The translations under genes were made by a program, and so were the position numbers. Of a stretch of DNA of 64,000 bases, positions 1 to 12,879 are shown piece after piece. The stretch's first letter is position 1, and every line of letters starts with the position of its first letter. This DNA is from Sphagnum compactum. Its lineage: Eukaryota. Under the pieces are notes generated by a model, which worked only from the letters and a program-made list of their open reading frames with translations, was not told the origin of the DNA and ran no database searches. The stretch is taken from NCBI GenBank assembly GCA_965153455.1, contig OZ234494.1:1674001-1738000 (forward strand), in the 5' to 3' direction.

Positions 1-801
1 GGGAATAGACCCTCACACTCCCAAGGGAACTCTCACTTTGGGAGTTGTAGTCCCGATGGACTCCCGAATGTTTAAAGAGCGATTGCAAGAGGCAAAACTC
101 AATGGATTGAAGAATTTTTTATATCATTGGAAAGCTATTGAAACGTAGATGTCTAAAATGGGCTTGCATGACTCATTTGGACATATAAAACACAACTTAT
201 GGCCAAAAGAAAGGTTGGGAATCAAATTGTCAATTTGACTCCTAACCACTAAAAGTCGGGAATCGACTCGATTTCCTTGCGTGTAGGTGGTGTGCGACAT
301 ACCTTTGGAAAGCTTTCGACGAAGGCTACAACTTTGCTTTTAACCTCATCTCAATCGGAGGTGTGCACGCAAAGTTATGGGCCCTCAAAGTCGCGGAAGT
401 CCCAACTTTGACAATTTCGGGACTCCCACTTGGGAGTCCCAGGACAAAATGTCATTTGGATGTGGGCCTCATGTAGAGGCACAGAGTATACTATAAGGGG
501 GGAAGGTGGTGGCTTCCTCCAAGTTCGGGTTGTGGTGACTCTTGTGAGTCCGAGTTACCCATGGCTCGTCCTAGCACCAAAAGTGCTCCAACTATGCACT
601 AACCATTTTGTGTTGGTTTTGTGCAGGTCCGTGTGAGTAGTTGATGCTTGTCATTCTTCCTAGTCCCATCCCGAAGCTCCAGCACGCCCCCTTAGCCCTC
701 CAAAGTGTTGGGAGCCAAGGAGCGTGCCTCGACTCCTTACTATTCCACTGTTTTTTGTTTGGACTCACATTTGAGTCCCTCAAGGAATTGGGAGCGCGTC
801 A
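1..801 (+). mobile_element. LTR (solo or 3' LTR, cut by window start) related to the chromovirus LTRs at 27255 and 56530/60249
   Basis: Shares blocks with the 27255-27895 LTR (CTCACACTCCC, GGGGAAGGTG, CTTCCTAGTCCCATCCCGA..CTNCAGCACGCCCC). Ends GGGAGCGCGTCA at 801, versus GGGAGTGCGTCA at 27895. No PBS follows. Confidence 0.85.
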
Positions 802-1040
802 CCAACCCCCCAATCCTACCTACCTATCAATTTATTAAGGTTCGCCCTAGTTCATGGATGATGACATAGGTCCCCATATGTAGTTATTACAAACAATTTA
901 TAGTGGAAACAATGTCATAATTGCAGCCATTTTGGTTTAGTTAATGCATATTTTACTAAATTTTGTTTACATAATTTATTTATGGAATGGACATTAGAAT
1001 ACATCTTTTCATGTAATTATTATAAGTATATATTATTGGA

Positions 1041-2070
1041 TTATGGTTTCGGTTTAAGGTTGGGACACATAAATTAGTTAACAAGTTTTTCACAAATCTA
1101 TAGTAATTAACCTAAACTAGTCTAAATTTGGGGGGGGGGGATTTTAGGGTGTACACATATGTGAAGTAATACAATTTCATTATATATATTTTTCAAAGAG
1201 AGTGGGAAAAAATAGTTTGGAGAGATCGCACAAAAGTAAGAAACATATTTTTGTTTTTGGTTGTTACGAAATTTATTTGATTTTTTTAAAAAATTAAGGT
1301 TGTTTCTTCGGTCAGTAAATCTTTATAATTGAAAAGCTTTAAAATTTGGTTTTTTAAGTTTTTTCCTTTTTTTTTTTTTTTGCATTATATAATTTGTATA
1401 CTTTGTATTTTTTTTTGGGTTTAGGGCATATATCACTAGGACTTTTTTTTGTTAGGGTTGTAATAGGGCTTATGGCAAAATATCATTTGGATTTTTAGGG
1501 TTATGCCTTATGATTTAATGTGTAGGAATTTGGTTCATATATAATAAGGCTTAAGGTTTATACTCTAGACTTTGCTCATTGTATTGGTTTTTGATTTTAT
1601 CACTTATTTAGAACTATAACATAATTATGAATCTCCTTTGTTTCCATATGTTCCATAGTTCTTAAAGTTCAATATTTCCTAACCATTTTCGTTTAAATGC
1701 AATACCCATATCATATTGTGATAATTCATTAACCATGAAACATAAAAATATTTTTTAAATATTTGATACCCTGCCAATGCATCATGAAATTCATGTTTTC
1801 AAAATTATTTATTCATTTTATAGTATGATTTAACATATATAAAAATGAACATAATGCAAAATTGGTCACATTGACGATACAAGGGGTTAGGGTTTAATGT
1901 AAAATTTACTACTTAATGTTAAAATTATGGTTTAGGTTTAAAATTTAGAACATATAAATTAATTAACATTTTTTTACAAGTCTATAATAATTAAAATAAA
2001 TTTAGAGTGCAATTTGGGCAAAAGTTTTAGGGCTTAAACATATGTAAAACAATTCAATGTCATTTTATAT
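1041..2070 (+). repeat. Diverged ~150-bp direct duplication (about 1041-1190 and 1925-2070) in AT-rich repeat DNA
   Basis: TTATGGTTT.GGTTTAA...ATAAATTA.TTAACA..TTTTT.ACAA.TCTATA.TAATTAA...TTTTAGGG...ACATATGT occurs twice. Confidence 0.6.
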
Positions 2071-2370
2071 TTTTTAAAGAAAGTGAAAGACTTTAACTTG
2101 AAAATATTACCAAATGGTAATAGATATACTTTTTTATGTGTTTCCCTAAATGCAATACCCATATTCAAGTTCGTTTGGATATAACCCTTTGGTGATTTAG
2201 GTAACCTAAGGTGTAGACCTAACCCTAAATGCAATACCCACATGTAGGGTCATTACAATGCAATCACAACATCATATCAATGACTATATCAACATTTAGT
2301 TAGCACTTAACCTTGAACACATTGTCAAAGTGTTGTAAAAGCACTAAACCTTGTAGGGGGCAAGTTTATG

Positions 2371-2549
2371 ATGCACTTCTTTCAAATGTTTGGTCAACAG
2401 CCATTTGGCACAATATGCGACAATGCAAGTGCCAACTTTACACTTCCATTTTGACCCAACCTTCATCCATTCTTTGTCCTTCCAAGCCAAATTAGGTGGA
2501 CAAGGGGGTGTCGGTGGCTGAGAAGCCTGGTCAGTCTCAAATTCTGGAC
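2371..2549 (-). pseudogene. Isolated exon-like fragment encoding a classical C2H2 zinc finger
   Basis: ORF 2344-2622(-) contains CKVGTCIVAYCAKWLLTKHLKEVH, which is C-x4-C-x3-Y-x5-L-x2-H-x4-H (2371-2442). It is preceded on the minus strand by a T-rich tract and TTTAG acceptor ending at 2550. Confidence 0.55.
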
Positions 2550-2929
2550 CTAAACCAAAAAATATAAAAAAGTAAATCATTACTTTGTAATAAAAAAATC
2601 CTAACCCTAAAACCTTACACATAAAAATTCAAAAAACAAAATGCAGGTATTGCAAAACATAAAATCACACAATTAGATGTAACTCCTATAAACTCTAACT
2701 GTTTTCAGGTATTGCAATTAAAACTTTTGACAAAAAAATTCCTGCAAACTCAAAAAATCTTGTACAATTTTTTATTTACATTTAATCTAATGTATGTAAA
2801 TTCTTAAACAATCTAACCCACCATTTTTTGATCAAAATTTCGAATCTATATTAAGAGTGATCTTATCATTTGAATTACAAATCGTCACCATTGTCAACTC
2901 TAAGCCACATAAATTATTTGATTCATCAA

Positions 2930-3070
2930 TTCTCAATTCTGATGAAGCAACATTTTGCTCCCCAGGTCTCAATTCTTATGGAGCAACATTTTGCTCCCCA
3001 AATCTTGATTATAATGCATCAACATTTTGCTTCCCAATTATTTGTTTTGATGAAGCAACATTTTACTTTT
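2930..3070. repeat. 36-bp minisatellite, 4 diverged copies
   Basis: Core (G)CAACATTTT recurs at about 2947, 2983, 3019 and 3055. Confidence 0.8.
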
Positions 3071-3214
3071 TAGCTTCTAAATCACCAACTTTCTTTAGTT
3101 TCCTTCTTCTAGGCACAACAATTTTCAACATTCAAAAAACCACAATTTCATTATTAATTTTCAATTTTAATGAACTAGACCAAAAGGATTAGAGAAGAAG
3201 AAAAAGAAAACAAG

Positions 3215-4195
3215 AAAGAAGGTGACGACAGCTTGTCGCCATCGCCTTCTTCAAAACACCACCACCACCATAGAAGAAGGCGATGACATTACTACAGTCA
3301 CCTTTTTTGCAGCAAAACTACTGAAAAAGGTTACGGCAATTTTCGTCGCCTTTTTTTACAACAAAACCATCGAAGAAGGTGACGGAAGCTATCATCGTCT
3401 TTTTCTTCTTCTTCTCAAACATAGAGAAGAAGGCAACATAGCCTTCATCGCTGCAACACCACCACATAAGAAGGCAAATAAGAAGGTGACGGCAACAGCT
3501 ATTGCCGTCGCCTTCTTCTTCTCTGCAACAACCCCCCCAGAAGAAGGCGACAACAGCTGCTATCACCTACTTCTTCTTTGCAACACCCCCCAAAAGAAGG
3601 CGACGGTAAGGCGATTGCAGCTACCATCGCCTTCTTCTTCTTCTTCTTTGCAACAGCAACCACAAAAGAAGGTGACGGTAGTTGCCGTTACCTTCTTCTA
3701 TTGCTGTCGTCACCTTCTTCTTTTTCTTTGCAACACCCCCCACAAGAAAGCGACGATAGCTGCCGTTGTCTTCTTCTTTTTCTCTGCAACACCAGCCACA
3801 TAAGAAGGTGACAGCAGCTACCGTTGCCTTCTTCTTCTTCTCGGCAACACCCCCTAGAAGAAGGTGATGGCAGCTGCTGTTGCCTTCTTCTTCATGTCTA
3901 CAAGACCCACCACAGAATAAGAAGGCGACGGCAGCTGCCGTCGCATTCTTCTTCTTTGCAATACCACCTCTACAGAAAAGACGACAATGCATTGCCATCA
4001 CCTTCTTCTTCACTGCAACACTACTAGAAAAGAAGGCGATGGCAACAAGCTGCCATCGCCTTCTTCGCTATTGCAACAATAGCACAAAAAAAGACAAGAG
4101 GAGGAGGTAGGTAGGAGGGAGGTAGGAGGGGGCGGGAGGTAGGTAGGAAACAGAAACATTAAAGAAGAAGACGATGGTGTCTTCTTCTTCTCAAG
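3215..4195. repeat. Array of ~16 palindromic (hairpin) units, period ~50-65 bp
   Basis: Consensus AAGAAGGYGACGGCAGCTGCCGTCRCCTTCTT is self-complementary; the best copy is at about 3919-3950. Units are joined by TGCAACA(C)n linkers. Confidence 0.9.
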
Positions 4196-4759
4196 CAGAA
4201 AAAAAGAAAAAAAAACACAGAGAAAAAAAATGCAAATTGGGAGGGAGCTTACCTTTCTTCTGTCGCTTCCGCATTTGGGATGAAGCGCTCCTCTTGCCTT
4301 CTCCTCTCCACGTTCCTTTAGCTCTTCACGTTCCTGTAATGTTGAGCTCTCCACCTTCCTTAAGCCGTGTGTCACAAAGCTCTGTGTGGCTCAAGCTCGG
4401 GAGCTCTATTGAGCTCTCGAGGTGGAGTGAGCAAGAAATGTGGTGAGGGTAGGAGGGGGGGGTGATAGGCAAGAGAGGGGAGGAGGTAGGAAGGAGGGGG
4501 GGGGGGGGGGGAGGAAGGTAGGAGAGGAAAATTTTGGGGCAGAGAAGGGGCTGAAAAATCCCTGGGCAAGGGAAGAGGATGGGTTTTGGGTTCATCCCCA
4601 AAACGGCTTGAACAGCCTCATACTGGTGCATTGGTGGCTGCTGGTTCACTCCAGCCCCTTGCACCCTACCAATTTAGTCACCCCAGCTCCCACCCTAACT
4701 GGAACTAGGCAGTCCTCACACCACCTCCCCTTCCCCACTCAATCCACATTTATGCCCAT

Positions 4760-5058
4760 CAGGGTTTTTTTTTTTTTTTTTCTCCAACTTTTTTATGTGG
4801 CCAAACTGGTGATCATCCAAAAGAAGATTTAGCCAAATCTGAGTATTGATCAGATATGAGAATAAAATTTTAAGATAACCCTTCTATATTTTTTCCTATT
4901 TTGCTGAAACCTGTTGTCAAAATGTGGCAATTTAATTTTAACATTTCTCAAAATCCAGCAAATTAGTGCCATTTTTTCACTAAAATCCTTTTTATGTGTC
5001 AAAATCATATCTACCAGGTAGAAATAATGCCAAAATTCACCCAAAACAAACAACACTG
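4760..5058. mobile_element. hAT-type MITE with 8-bp TSD
   Basis: Termini CAGGGTTTTT...CAACACTG. Flanks ATGCCCAT (4752-4759) and ACGCCCAT (5059-5066). Internal motif ATCATCC...GAAGATTTAGCCAAATCTG is shared with copies near 14.0 and 18.0 kb. Confidence 0.8.
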
Positions 5059-5782
5059 ACGCCCATGTTCCCAAGGTGCATTAGATGAATTGGGAGTCAT
5101 GGCTGTAGTAAAAAGAAAGGTTTCAACAACAGCCTGGAGTTGGTACTAGAAGTACTCCACAGTGTTGTCTGAACCCATTTGTCTTGGCAAAATTTGGGAC
5201 TCAAGTGAATATGAAAGAGAAAGTCCAGGCATCCCATGAAAGTAGGATGAGAAGTGTAATAATTTCCTCTCCCACGCCCTTAGTGTTGGGGAAGGATTTG
5301 CTACTTGGTGAATGCTTAAATCAAGGTGACATAAATTGTAGTGTTGTGTTCTCCAATGAGTTCTTATGATGTTCCCAACATGACGCCTGTCAACCCCATA
5401 TTCTTTTCCCAAAGTTCTAACTCTTTTTTTCTTATTTTCACAAAGTTTTACTTTTTGACTTGATCTCTTGTGTACAAACAAGGGTTATAATATCAATGTA
5501 ATAATATACAGAGCGTGTTGAATAGGCTTTTGAGTAGGTGTGCAGAATAAATGTTATGTCCAAGAAATTGCTAGATTTGGTGGTCTAAGTTTTTTCCATA
5601 GTTAGCTTGAGTGAACTAACAATTAAATGTGTAATATGGTTTGGTAGGTATGTGAGAATTTTAGAAGACCAATGAAAATGGTGGAAAGGGCCATTAGTTT
5701 TAGTGTTCAGCAAAATAGTGTTGTGTGTAGGTTTGAAGATTGTTTTTAAAGGCTAATGGGATTGTTAGATTTAATGGTCTAA

Positions 5783-6106
5783 ATTTGTTGGCCTTGCCTA
5801 CCATGGCAAGGATATTGTGTTTAGATTCATTATAGAGTATAGTAACTTAAGGGATTTTGGCCCCTAGGTAGTAGGTCTTTTTTTATATGCAGATTTTTGA
5901 AAGATGATATTTTGGCTTGTGTTGAAACTTGAGATTAATTACAGAGTTATGACATCTTGAAGAATTTAGGTTTCTTTATAGGATTTTTTTGAAGATTGTT
6001 TTTTTGCATGGTGAAATATTTGAATTTCCATGATTCTTCTTTTCCCTTTAACATACTCTTTAATGTAAATGGCAAGGCCGTAGTGTGACACACGCCTTGT
6101 TTTCTT
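5783..6106 (+). mobile_element. ~325-bp interspersed repeat, copy 1, Helentron/HINE-like structure
   Basis: Aligns end to end with 21273-21595. Has subterminal IR GGCCTTGCC (5790) / GGCAAGGCC (6071), a 5' hairpin partner GGCAAGG (5805), a 3' stem-loop GTGTGACACAC (6083) and T-rich ends. Confidence 0.7.
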
Positions 6107-6893
6107 ACATGAATTAACAGTTCAATGTGTAATAGCTATTTACGGACAAGGTTCTAGTACAATACTTGTGCACTTTTCTTCTAACATATAGATAGCTGGG
6201 AAAAATGGAGAGCTAGAACACCAAGTATCCACGTTCGGAATGACCCAAATTCTGAGTGCATCTTTGTGCGATACACCAGTCACATTGAAATTTTTGGGAC
6301 TGTAAGTGCAGCTATTATTTAACTGGTTGGAAATCACACTAAATTATTATTATGTACACCACACTAGGGCATGGTTCTTGAAGCCAGTCATAGTGCTACA
6401 TTGGTGGAGCTCTGCTCACCAGGCGGCTACTAGCCTTTTAAGGCCTACTCCCTTCCAATACTACGCGCCTGTCGCCTGCATGTGTAGCAGAGCTTGTCAT
6501 GACGTAAATGGCAGCTGACACTGAAATTTAGTGCCACATTGTGGCAGAAGATACTGTAGACATTTGTGAATCTACAAATGTTGGCTAGTGATCAAAGTGA
6601 TGAAACCCTGCCAAACCCTGATCAAAGGTTTTATGAGCCGGTTCCAGCCCTAGTAGGCCTAGAGTTCCTCATCAATTGTTTTGCAATGTAACTTAGAGAT
6701 GTAGTAGACTCTAGATCTACCGCCCTGCTAGAACCTGCAACTGAATTGGAACCTGGTTTTCTGGGCAAGAAGTATTACTTTTTTTGAAATGGTCGCAAGC
6801 AGATTGTACCTTTTAGTCAAGTGATCACCTTGAATCGGTGTATATAACCTCGCTACTTAATTACCCAGTCTGCACTGTGTGTGGAACTGTGTG

Positions 6894-7078
6894 TGGGGCT
6901 GTGTGTGAATGTGTGGAACTGAACTGAACTTCATTTCTAAACCACATGTCACTTCGGTTTTCTTTTGAAAAACAGACAATGGGTCGATGTTTAGGAGTTC
7001 ATGAGTCTAAAATTTGGGGGCTGTGTGTGAGTATGTGGAACAGAACTTCATTTGCAACCCACATGTTACTCAGTTTCA
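6894..7078 (+). repeat. Local ~65-bp direct duplication
   Basis: GGGGCTGTGTGTGA..TGTGGAAC..AACTTCATTT...ACCACATGT.ACT...GTTT occurs at about 6894-6962 and 7017-7078. Confidence 0.65.
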
Positions 7079-8699
7079 TTTGACGAACTGAGAACAGGAT
7101 GTTTAACAATTTGAAGAATTGGGCTGGAAACCTCATTTATGGTTCCATCAAAAGAAAAAAGAAAAGTCAAAACTGAAATTTACAAACTAGCTGAAATTGG
7201 AATTGCATGATGGAAACCTGGAACTATGGATGACTGATAGCAACCAGTGTTATTGGTCTGGCATGGTGTTTTCTAAATATCAGAAGGTTCCTGGCATTAC
7301 AATACCAATTGATACTTCACTTTTTCACAAAATCAAACCAACACTGCAGAAAAATTTAACTCCAATGGAATCAGTGTTGATCTAGTATGGTGATTTCTAG
7401 ATAGCAGCAGGTTCTTGTGTAGCCCTCAAACAGGGTCATTTTTGTTTGTTCAGTAGTTGATGTTCAGTGAGAAGAAATTAGGATTATGTCAACTTTTAAT
7501 GAGGTCTGTGGATGATGGCAAATAAGGTTTGGAGATTGTGATATGGAGAAACTTTCAGCATGGGCTAATGACAATGGTGGAAAGACTTCTAGAAACCTTT
7601 GGGGCACGTGCATTGAGGAGTTTTTAACAAATTTTCCTTTCATTTTGTTGCTAAATTTGGGAATTCCAAGAGTGAAGATGATGATGGAAGGAATGTGTGG
7701 TAGTTGTTATTGTTGTTATGGACTTGGTTTGGTAGAGATTGTTGCAAGGTCTTAGATGATGGCACTTGTTTGTTTTCGATTTATGGCACGCTCTTGAAAT
7801 GATTGTGGATTGAGCTAAGTGTTGGAGTGTTGTGGAGTTTGAAGATAAATGGACTAGTGTGTGATGATTGAAATCAAACAACAAGGGAAGAAGTCTATCT
7901 AAATGTTTTAGTAAATTATGCATTGCTTACCTTTGTAGTTATTAAAGACTTCTAGTCTGTCGTAGTTGCTAGAGTGAAGCAATGTACTTTGAAATAAAGA
8001 TGGACAAAAAGATGGGGGTGATGACACAAAAAGGTCCTTCCATGATGTTAGAGAGGTTGGGTTGGTGAGATATCTAGGGATTGATGGGAGATTGAGAAAT
8101 GAATAACATTTAGATCATGGATGGCCTATATTGTGGTTGTTATGACTATTTGGTTTTTGGGTATTTTGAGATACATTAGAAAGGATTTGAGATTTAGGGT
8201 AAAAACCAACCCAAGTTGTGGGGTTTGTAATAAAAATGATAGAATTAATCATGATAACGAAAATGTTGTAGTTGATCTACACTTGATGATCATGGTGTAA
8301 GAAGGTGATGGAAGTCAAAGTCATGTGCTACCTATAAGTGTTGAACTTGAACATGTGTCTTCATAACATCATGAAAAAAGGTGTTGACAAAAAACCATGC
8401 TAATATAACAAATTTCAACTACAACAATCATCCACCAAATGTACATTTTGAAAAACTTAATGTTCGATTGTCTAATTGTTCCATGAAAAAACTTCAAATA
8501 TAGAATGATAATTGATGACCCAATAAAACATATATTGAACAACTTTTAAACTATGCTAGCAAATTTTGGTTCAATTTAATAAGGGTTTAAATATAGAACT
8601 TTTCTATGTTGTTCATGAACTAGTTCTTTGTCACCCAAGATAGTTGGTCAACAACACATTATATTTTTAGATCTCTCTTGCCCTTCATTTGAATGAAAT

Positions 8700-9680
8700 G
8701 TTTGTTTGTCATAGACATCCTTGAACCTATTCACCACTTGTGTATTGAACTATATTTACTTCAATGATTGATATCAACCTCTATATGTTAAATTCATTTT
8801 CAAATCCAAGCAAATTATGTAGGAAACAATAGCAAGTAAAAACATCAAGAAAAAAACACATGCAAGCTATGTGTGGTTTGCAATTCTTGAAAAGTCCTTT
8901 TTAATATTCCATTTATGTGTCCTCAACAATAGATCTAGACCAACCCCTCTTGTGTTTCCTATTAAACATTGATTCAAGGAATGTATGTTGGCCTTCCATT
9001 TTGGATGAAATCATAATTCAAGGGATCAAAAAGGATCCCATTCCACCTAAGAAATCTTTTGTTACAATTAACAACTTGTTGAACCATTATATATTATACC
9101 TCAAGGGAAGCTACTTCCATTTATTTCCAAATAGTGTGGTAAAAGTAAGGTGCTACTTATTGGAAAAAGGAAAATTACATTTACTTAAATGTAAATAAGG
9201 TGTTTAATATTTCAAATTATGAGTTCATAAACTTAAAATATCTTAGATTTAATAGATTTTTTATATTTATATATATATATATATATCACTTCATACCACA
9301 CCAAACGTTACCCATTTATCTCACATGTTTTATAAACTATATAAAAATCAACTTCCATAAGGCTGTAACCACCTATTTTATGATATATTAGAAGGAGCCT
9401 ACATTTGAACCAGATGAAATTTAACAATGGATACGTGTATTGTCACTACACCTTACACATTGGAAAATCACACTAGGTTTGGAACTCCCCCACGACAATT
9501 ACCATCAATCTCTTTCAAGTTAATCACTCAAACTAAGGTGCAAATAAAATTAACATAGACAAATTCATGTAAAAAAAGTGAAACAATCAACTTCCCAATT
9601 ACAAATAGTTCACTACAAGTGGAAGTTAGCACCATAACAAATCTTATAAATTGCACAATGACAAATCCATGGTAAAAAGA
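8700..9680 (-). pseudogene. PIF/Harbinger DDE transposase relic
   Basis: Manual minus-strand translation across frameshifts gives an N-terminal part AIYKICYGAN..TCSELFVIGKLIVSLFLHEFV (about 9540-9660). The C-terminal part reads P*IMISSKMEGQHTFLESMFNRKHKRG..IVE..GILKRTFQEL..DVFTCYCFLHNLL (about 8810-9040), matching the HARBI1-like FN..H.R.R..VE.AFG.LK and C..LHN motifs. Confidence 0.75.
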
Positions 9681-10959
9681 CCCATGCCTAACTTTTTTTT
9701 CCAAAAACCCAACAATAAGGAGTTTGCATTGAAGGGTGATGTGGCACGCAACCATTGCACAAAATTTAATTTGAATTACATTTTAAAATCTAAAATTTTA
9801 TTTTTACATTTACATTTCATTTTTAAATTACATATTTGAATTTGCAACATCACAAATCATTCATAATTTGAATCCAAATGATGATCCTAAACCATGTAAA
9901 GTATATAATTATTTAATTTGTATAATATGAAAATTTCCCCCAAAAATGGATCAATTTTGAGAATTTTTATTTGATTTATTTAAGCATTCAAGAGTCTTTA
10001 CAAGTGTTAAATTATTATTTTCTCATCCTCAAATGTTAATAGAAACTATTAATATTTTATATATCATTCTTGAATGTATATTTTGTCACAATACATAGGT
10101 CATATGAGAAATATTGAATCCTAAATTGAATTGTAAATTTTACAAGCATGTTATTCAATAATGATTACATGTGCAATGGGTTATTTAACATAGACTTACC
10201 TACAACACACTTGGATTTTTACATAACAATTTCCATGTATTTTGTATTTTCTTTTTGTATGATAGATCTTAAATTGTTTGCAATATTGAACAAAGAAACT
10301 TTGGTCATGTGATTCAAGTTCTCCACTCACTCTCATCATCAACTTTGTCAAAAGAAACTTATAAAGAATTAGGTAGTACTCCTAGGCTTCATGCAATGCC
10401 TTAAATTAGATGGCAACATGGAAATGCACTCAACAATTTAAACTCATGTAATGTAATGCAAATGCGACAATTAACTTAAACTTTGTGATTTGTTGTCGAC
10501 GTTTGATAATGACATTGTTACAAAAGCCAAAAGTTGTAGGACTTGCCCCATGCAAAATGTCTTCCAACATTTCAACAAACAACACAAGGCAATTAAAAAG
10601 AAAATCAACTTAAGGAACCACGAAAACAACTCAAACCTAATTTTGAAACCATAAAAAAACAACAAAACAAACATATGAAAATGAAAAAATATAACTCTTC
10701 ACAAAGAGCTTTGATAATGAGTTGCAACAAATGAAATGTTGGAGGTTGAAGTCACATGAATGGTTGACCACCTAACCTAAAATGACATGCACACAAAACA
10801 AGCTTAGAAAACAAAGATGCAAACAAAGCTTGAGCCACACTAACAATCAAACAACCAATTTTAGACGACCACACACAAAATAAACAACTTTTTTTAAAAA
10901 AATGTGAACAAAAATTCTTCAAAAAGCAAAAAGTAGTTTCAAAAGCACTAGTACTAGAG

Positions 10960-11370
10960 CTTTTAGGGATTACAAATGAGATGAGAGAAGATCATCACAA
11001 AGAACTTTGAAGTTTCAAGAATGCATGAAATACATCACATACAACTAACTTTAAAAAGGAAAAAATGTATGAGATTAGATCAAAGCTTTAGAGAGCGCAA
11101 ACAAAATGAGGAGAGGATCACCACCAAGAATTCTAAAGCTTCAATAGTGCATGAAAATTGTTGTGCAAACAACTAGCTTCAAAAAGCAAAACATGTAAGA
11201 GATTGGACCAAATCTTCAAAAGGCACAAACATAAAGAAAAGAGGATCGTCATCAAGAACTTTGAAGCTTCATAAGCACGTGAAAATTGTTGCAAACAACT
11301 AGCTTCGAAAAACTACAAGAGACTAGACCAAAACTTCAGAGAGCACAAACAAAATGAGAGGATTGTCACT
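10960..11370 (+). repeat. Diverged ~127-bp tandem repeat, ~3 copies
   Basis: GAG.GGATC..CA.CAAGAACTTTGAAGCTTCA...GCATGAAAA...ACAACTAGCTTC.AAAA recurs at about 10985, 11112 and 11240, with a partial copy at 11357. Confidence 0.75.
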
Positions 11371-12879
11371 TGACCCTTTGGAAGGGGTTGAAAACAAGAC
11401 ATTAACACTAACAACTAGTGTGAATTAAATGGTGGAGGCTGGAATCATAATTTGGTAAGCCGCTCTTCCAACCTCCATGTGTGAATGGATAGTGCAAAAA
11501 AAAGATGTTGCACATATCATAATGATGATCAAGTATGCCAATCTTAAACCTTGTTGCACTAACAAGGCTACCATTAGGTGTGATGGCACCTTTACCCACT
11601 TACAAAGGTGGTTGCCTAAGTAGTGTGAGGTGGAAGTAGAGGGTTCGCAGGATAGGTTACCAAGGTAACTCAGCTGTGGATAAACCACAAAGTCTGAATC
11701 ATGATGGGTTTCCAGTGAATGGTTCACTAGTGGTTGCTGTAATCACATAATCCCACACAACCCAGAGATACTAGCATTCATAATCCCCATGAGAGCCAGT
11801 GTAGTAGTAGCCTTGGTTTGTGCTAAGATCCACAAGGGCCACAAACTAGTCTTGGTTAACCATATCAACACCCGTTGATCGATGTACAAAAGCTTCCTAA
11901 GCAAGTTGTTTCTGCTTTGGGCAGTGAAACTGAATTCGGTAATGTAAATGTGCAATTCTGTGATTTCTGTGATCAGTAGAGTTGCGGCATCTAAACCTTT
12001 ATTGCCTACCTGTCTGATAGGAGCGCATTTTGATTTCTACCATTGTTGTGCTTTGCTATGACCTTTGCTTCCAAGCATTGATTGCATGTGGCCAATAAAA
12101 GCTATGTTCAAACTACAATACAAGAAGTGGAAAAGGCCCACAATGTAGTGATATATCCGCACAACAGTGATATCACCATCTAGTGTGTCCAATGGACTGG
12201 GAGCTCAAAATTTTCTATCCATTAATATTACAAGACATTTGGACATGTCCTGACAATAGTAGCTCCATCTGAAACTGTGATAAATATCAATTCACAAGAG
12301 GCCACACCACTTCTCACAATGCAAATTGCCCCAACATTGCACAAGGCAATTGTTAGTCCTCCACAATTCATGAAACTGTTTTCTTCCCATCACCTGCCCT
12401 TGTTTTCTGCATCATGATATAAGTTGCATAGTTCTCCCTTGCATACTGATTCCAACAAGCAAGTTCCTAGCTGCACAGAAACATCTTTGCCAAACCTAGG
12501 AGCATTTTTGCATCGAGCACATTTCCATTCAGAACATCAAGATACAGAATTTAGTTTCTCTCCATATCACTACGATAATCAGATTTTTGCTCCATGTGGG
12601 GTCCTCTCAAGAAACAGACCCTGAACCTTTGAGTATTGCTTTGAACGTAAAGGATCGACACAGCCTATAAGCAAAAGAACAGAACCCATGGACAAGATGG
12701 ACTGCTGGCATCACAAACAATAATATCTGGATGAACTGACATGACCATCCTTGGACTTGATGGAGCCATTGACATCCCCTTACCGTTACTGCTCTTCTGA
12801 CTATCTTTGCAATTAACTTACTAATGGTGAGTGCAGCACCAAGAAGCTGATTGCAATGGGTGCATGGAATTGTAGCATA

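Noticed and set aside
430..838. ORFs inside LTRs (also 27419-27778 and 60469-60681)
   Set aside because: They lie in LTR sequence and frames are not conserved between LTR copies.
3215..4195. CRISPR array
   Set aside because: The repeats are palindromic but degenerate, the linkers resemble each other rather than being unique spacers, there are no cas genes, and the context is a eukaryotic intron-containing genome.
3222..4832. Overlapping ORFs of 65-193 aa on both strands
   Set aside because: Low-complexity translations of the hairpin array and G-rich tracts, with no domain.
11420..11560. RT N-terminus-like peptide MVEAGII..VQKKD
   Set aside because: The resemblance is too short and degenerate to support without a search.
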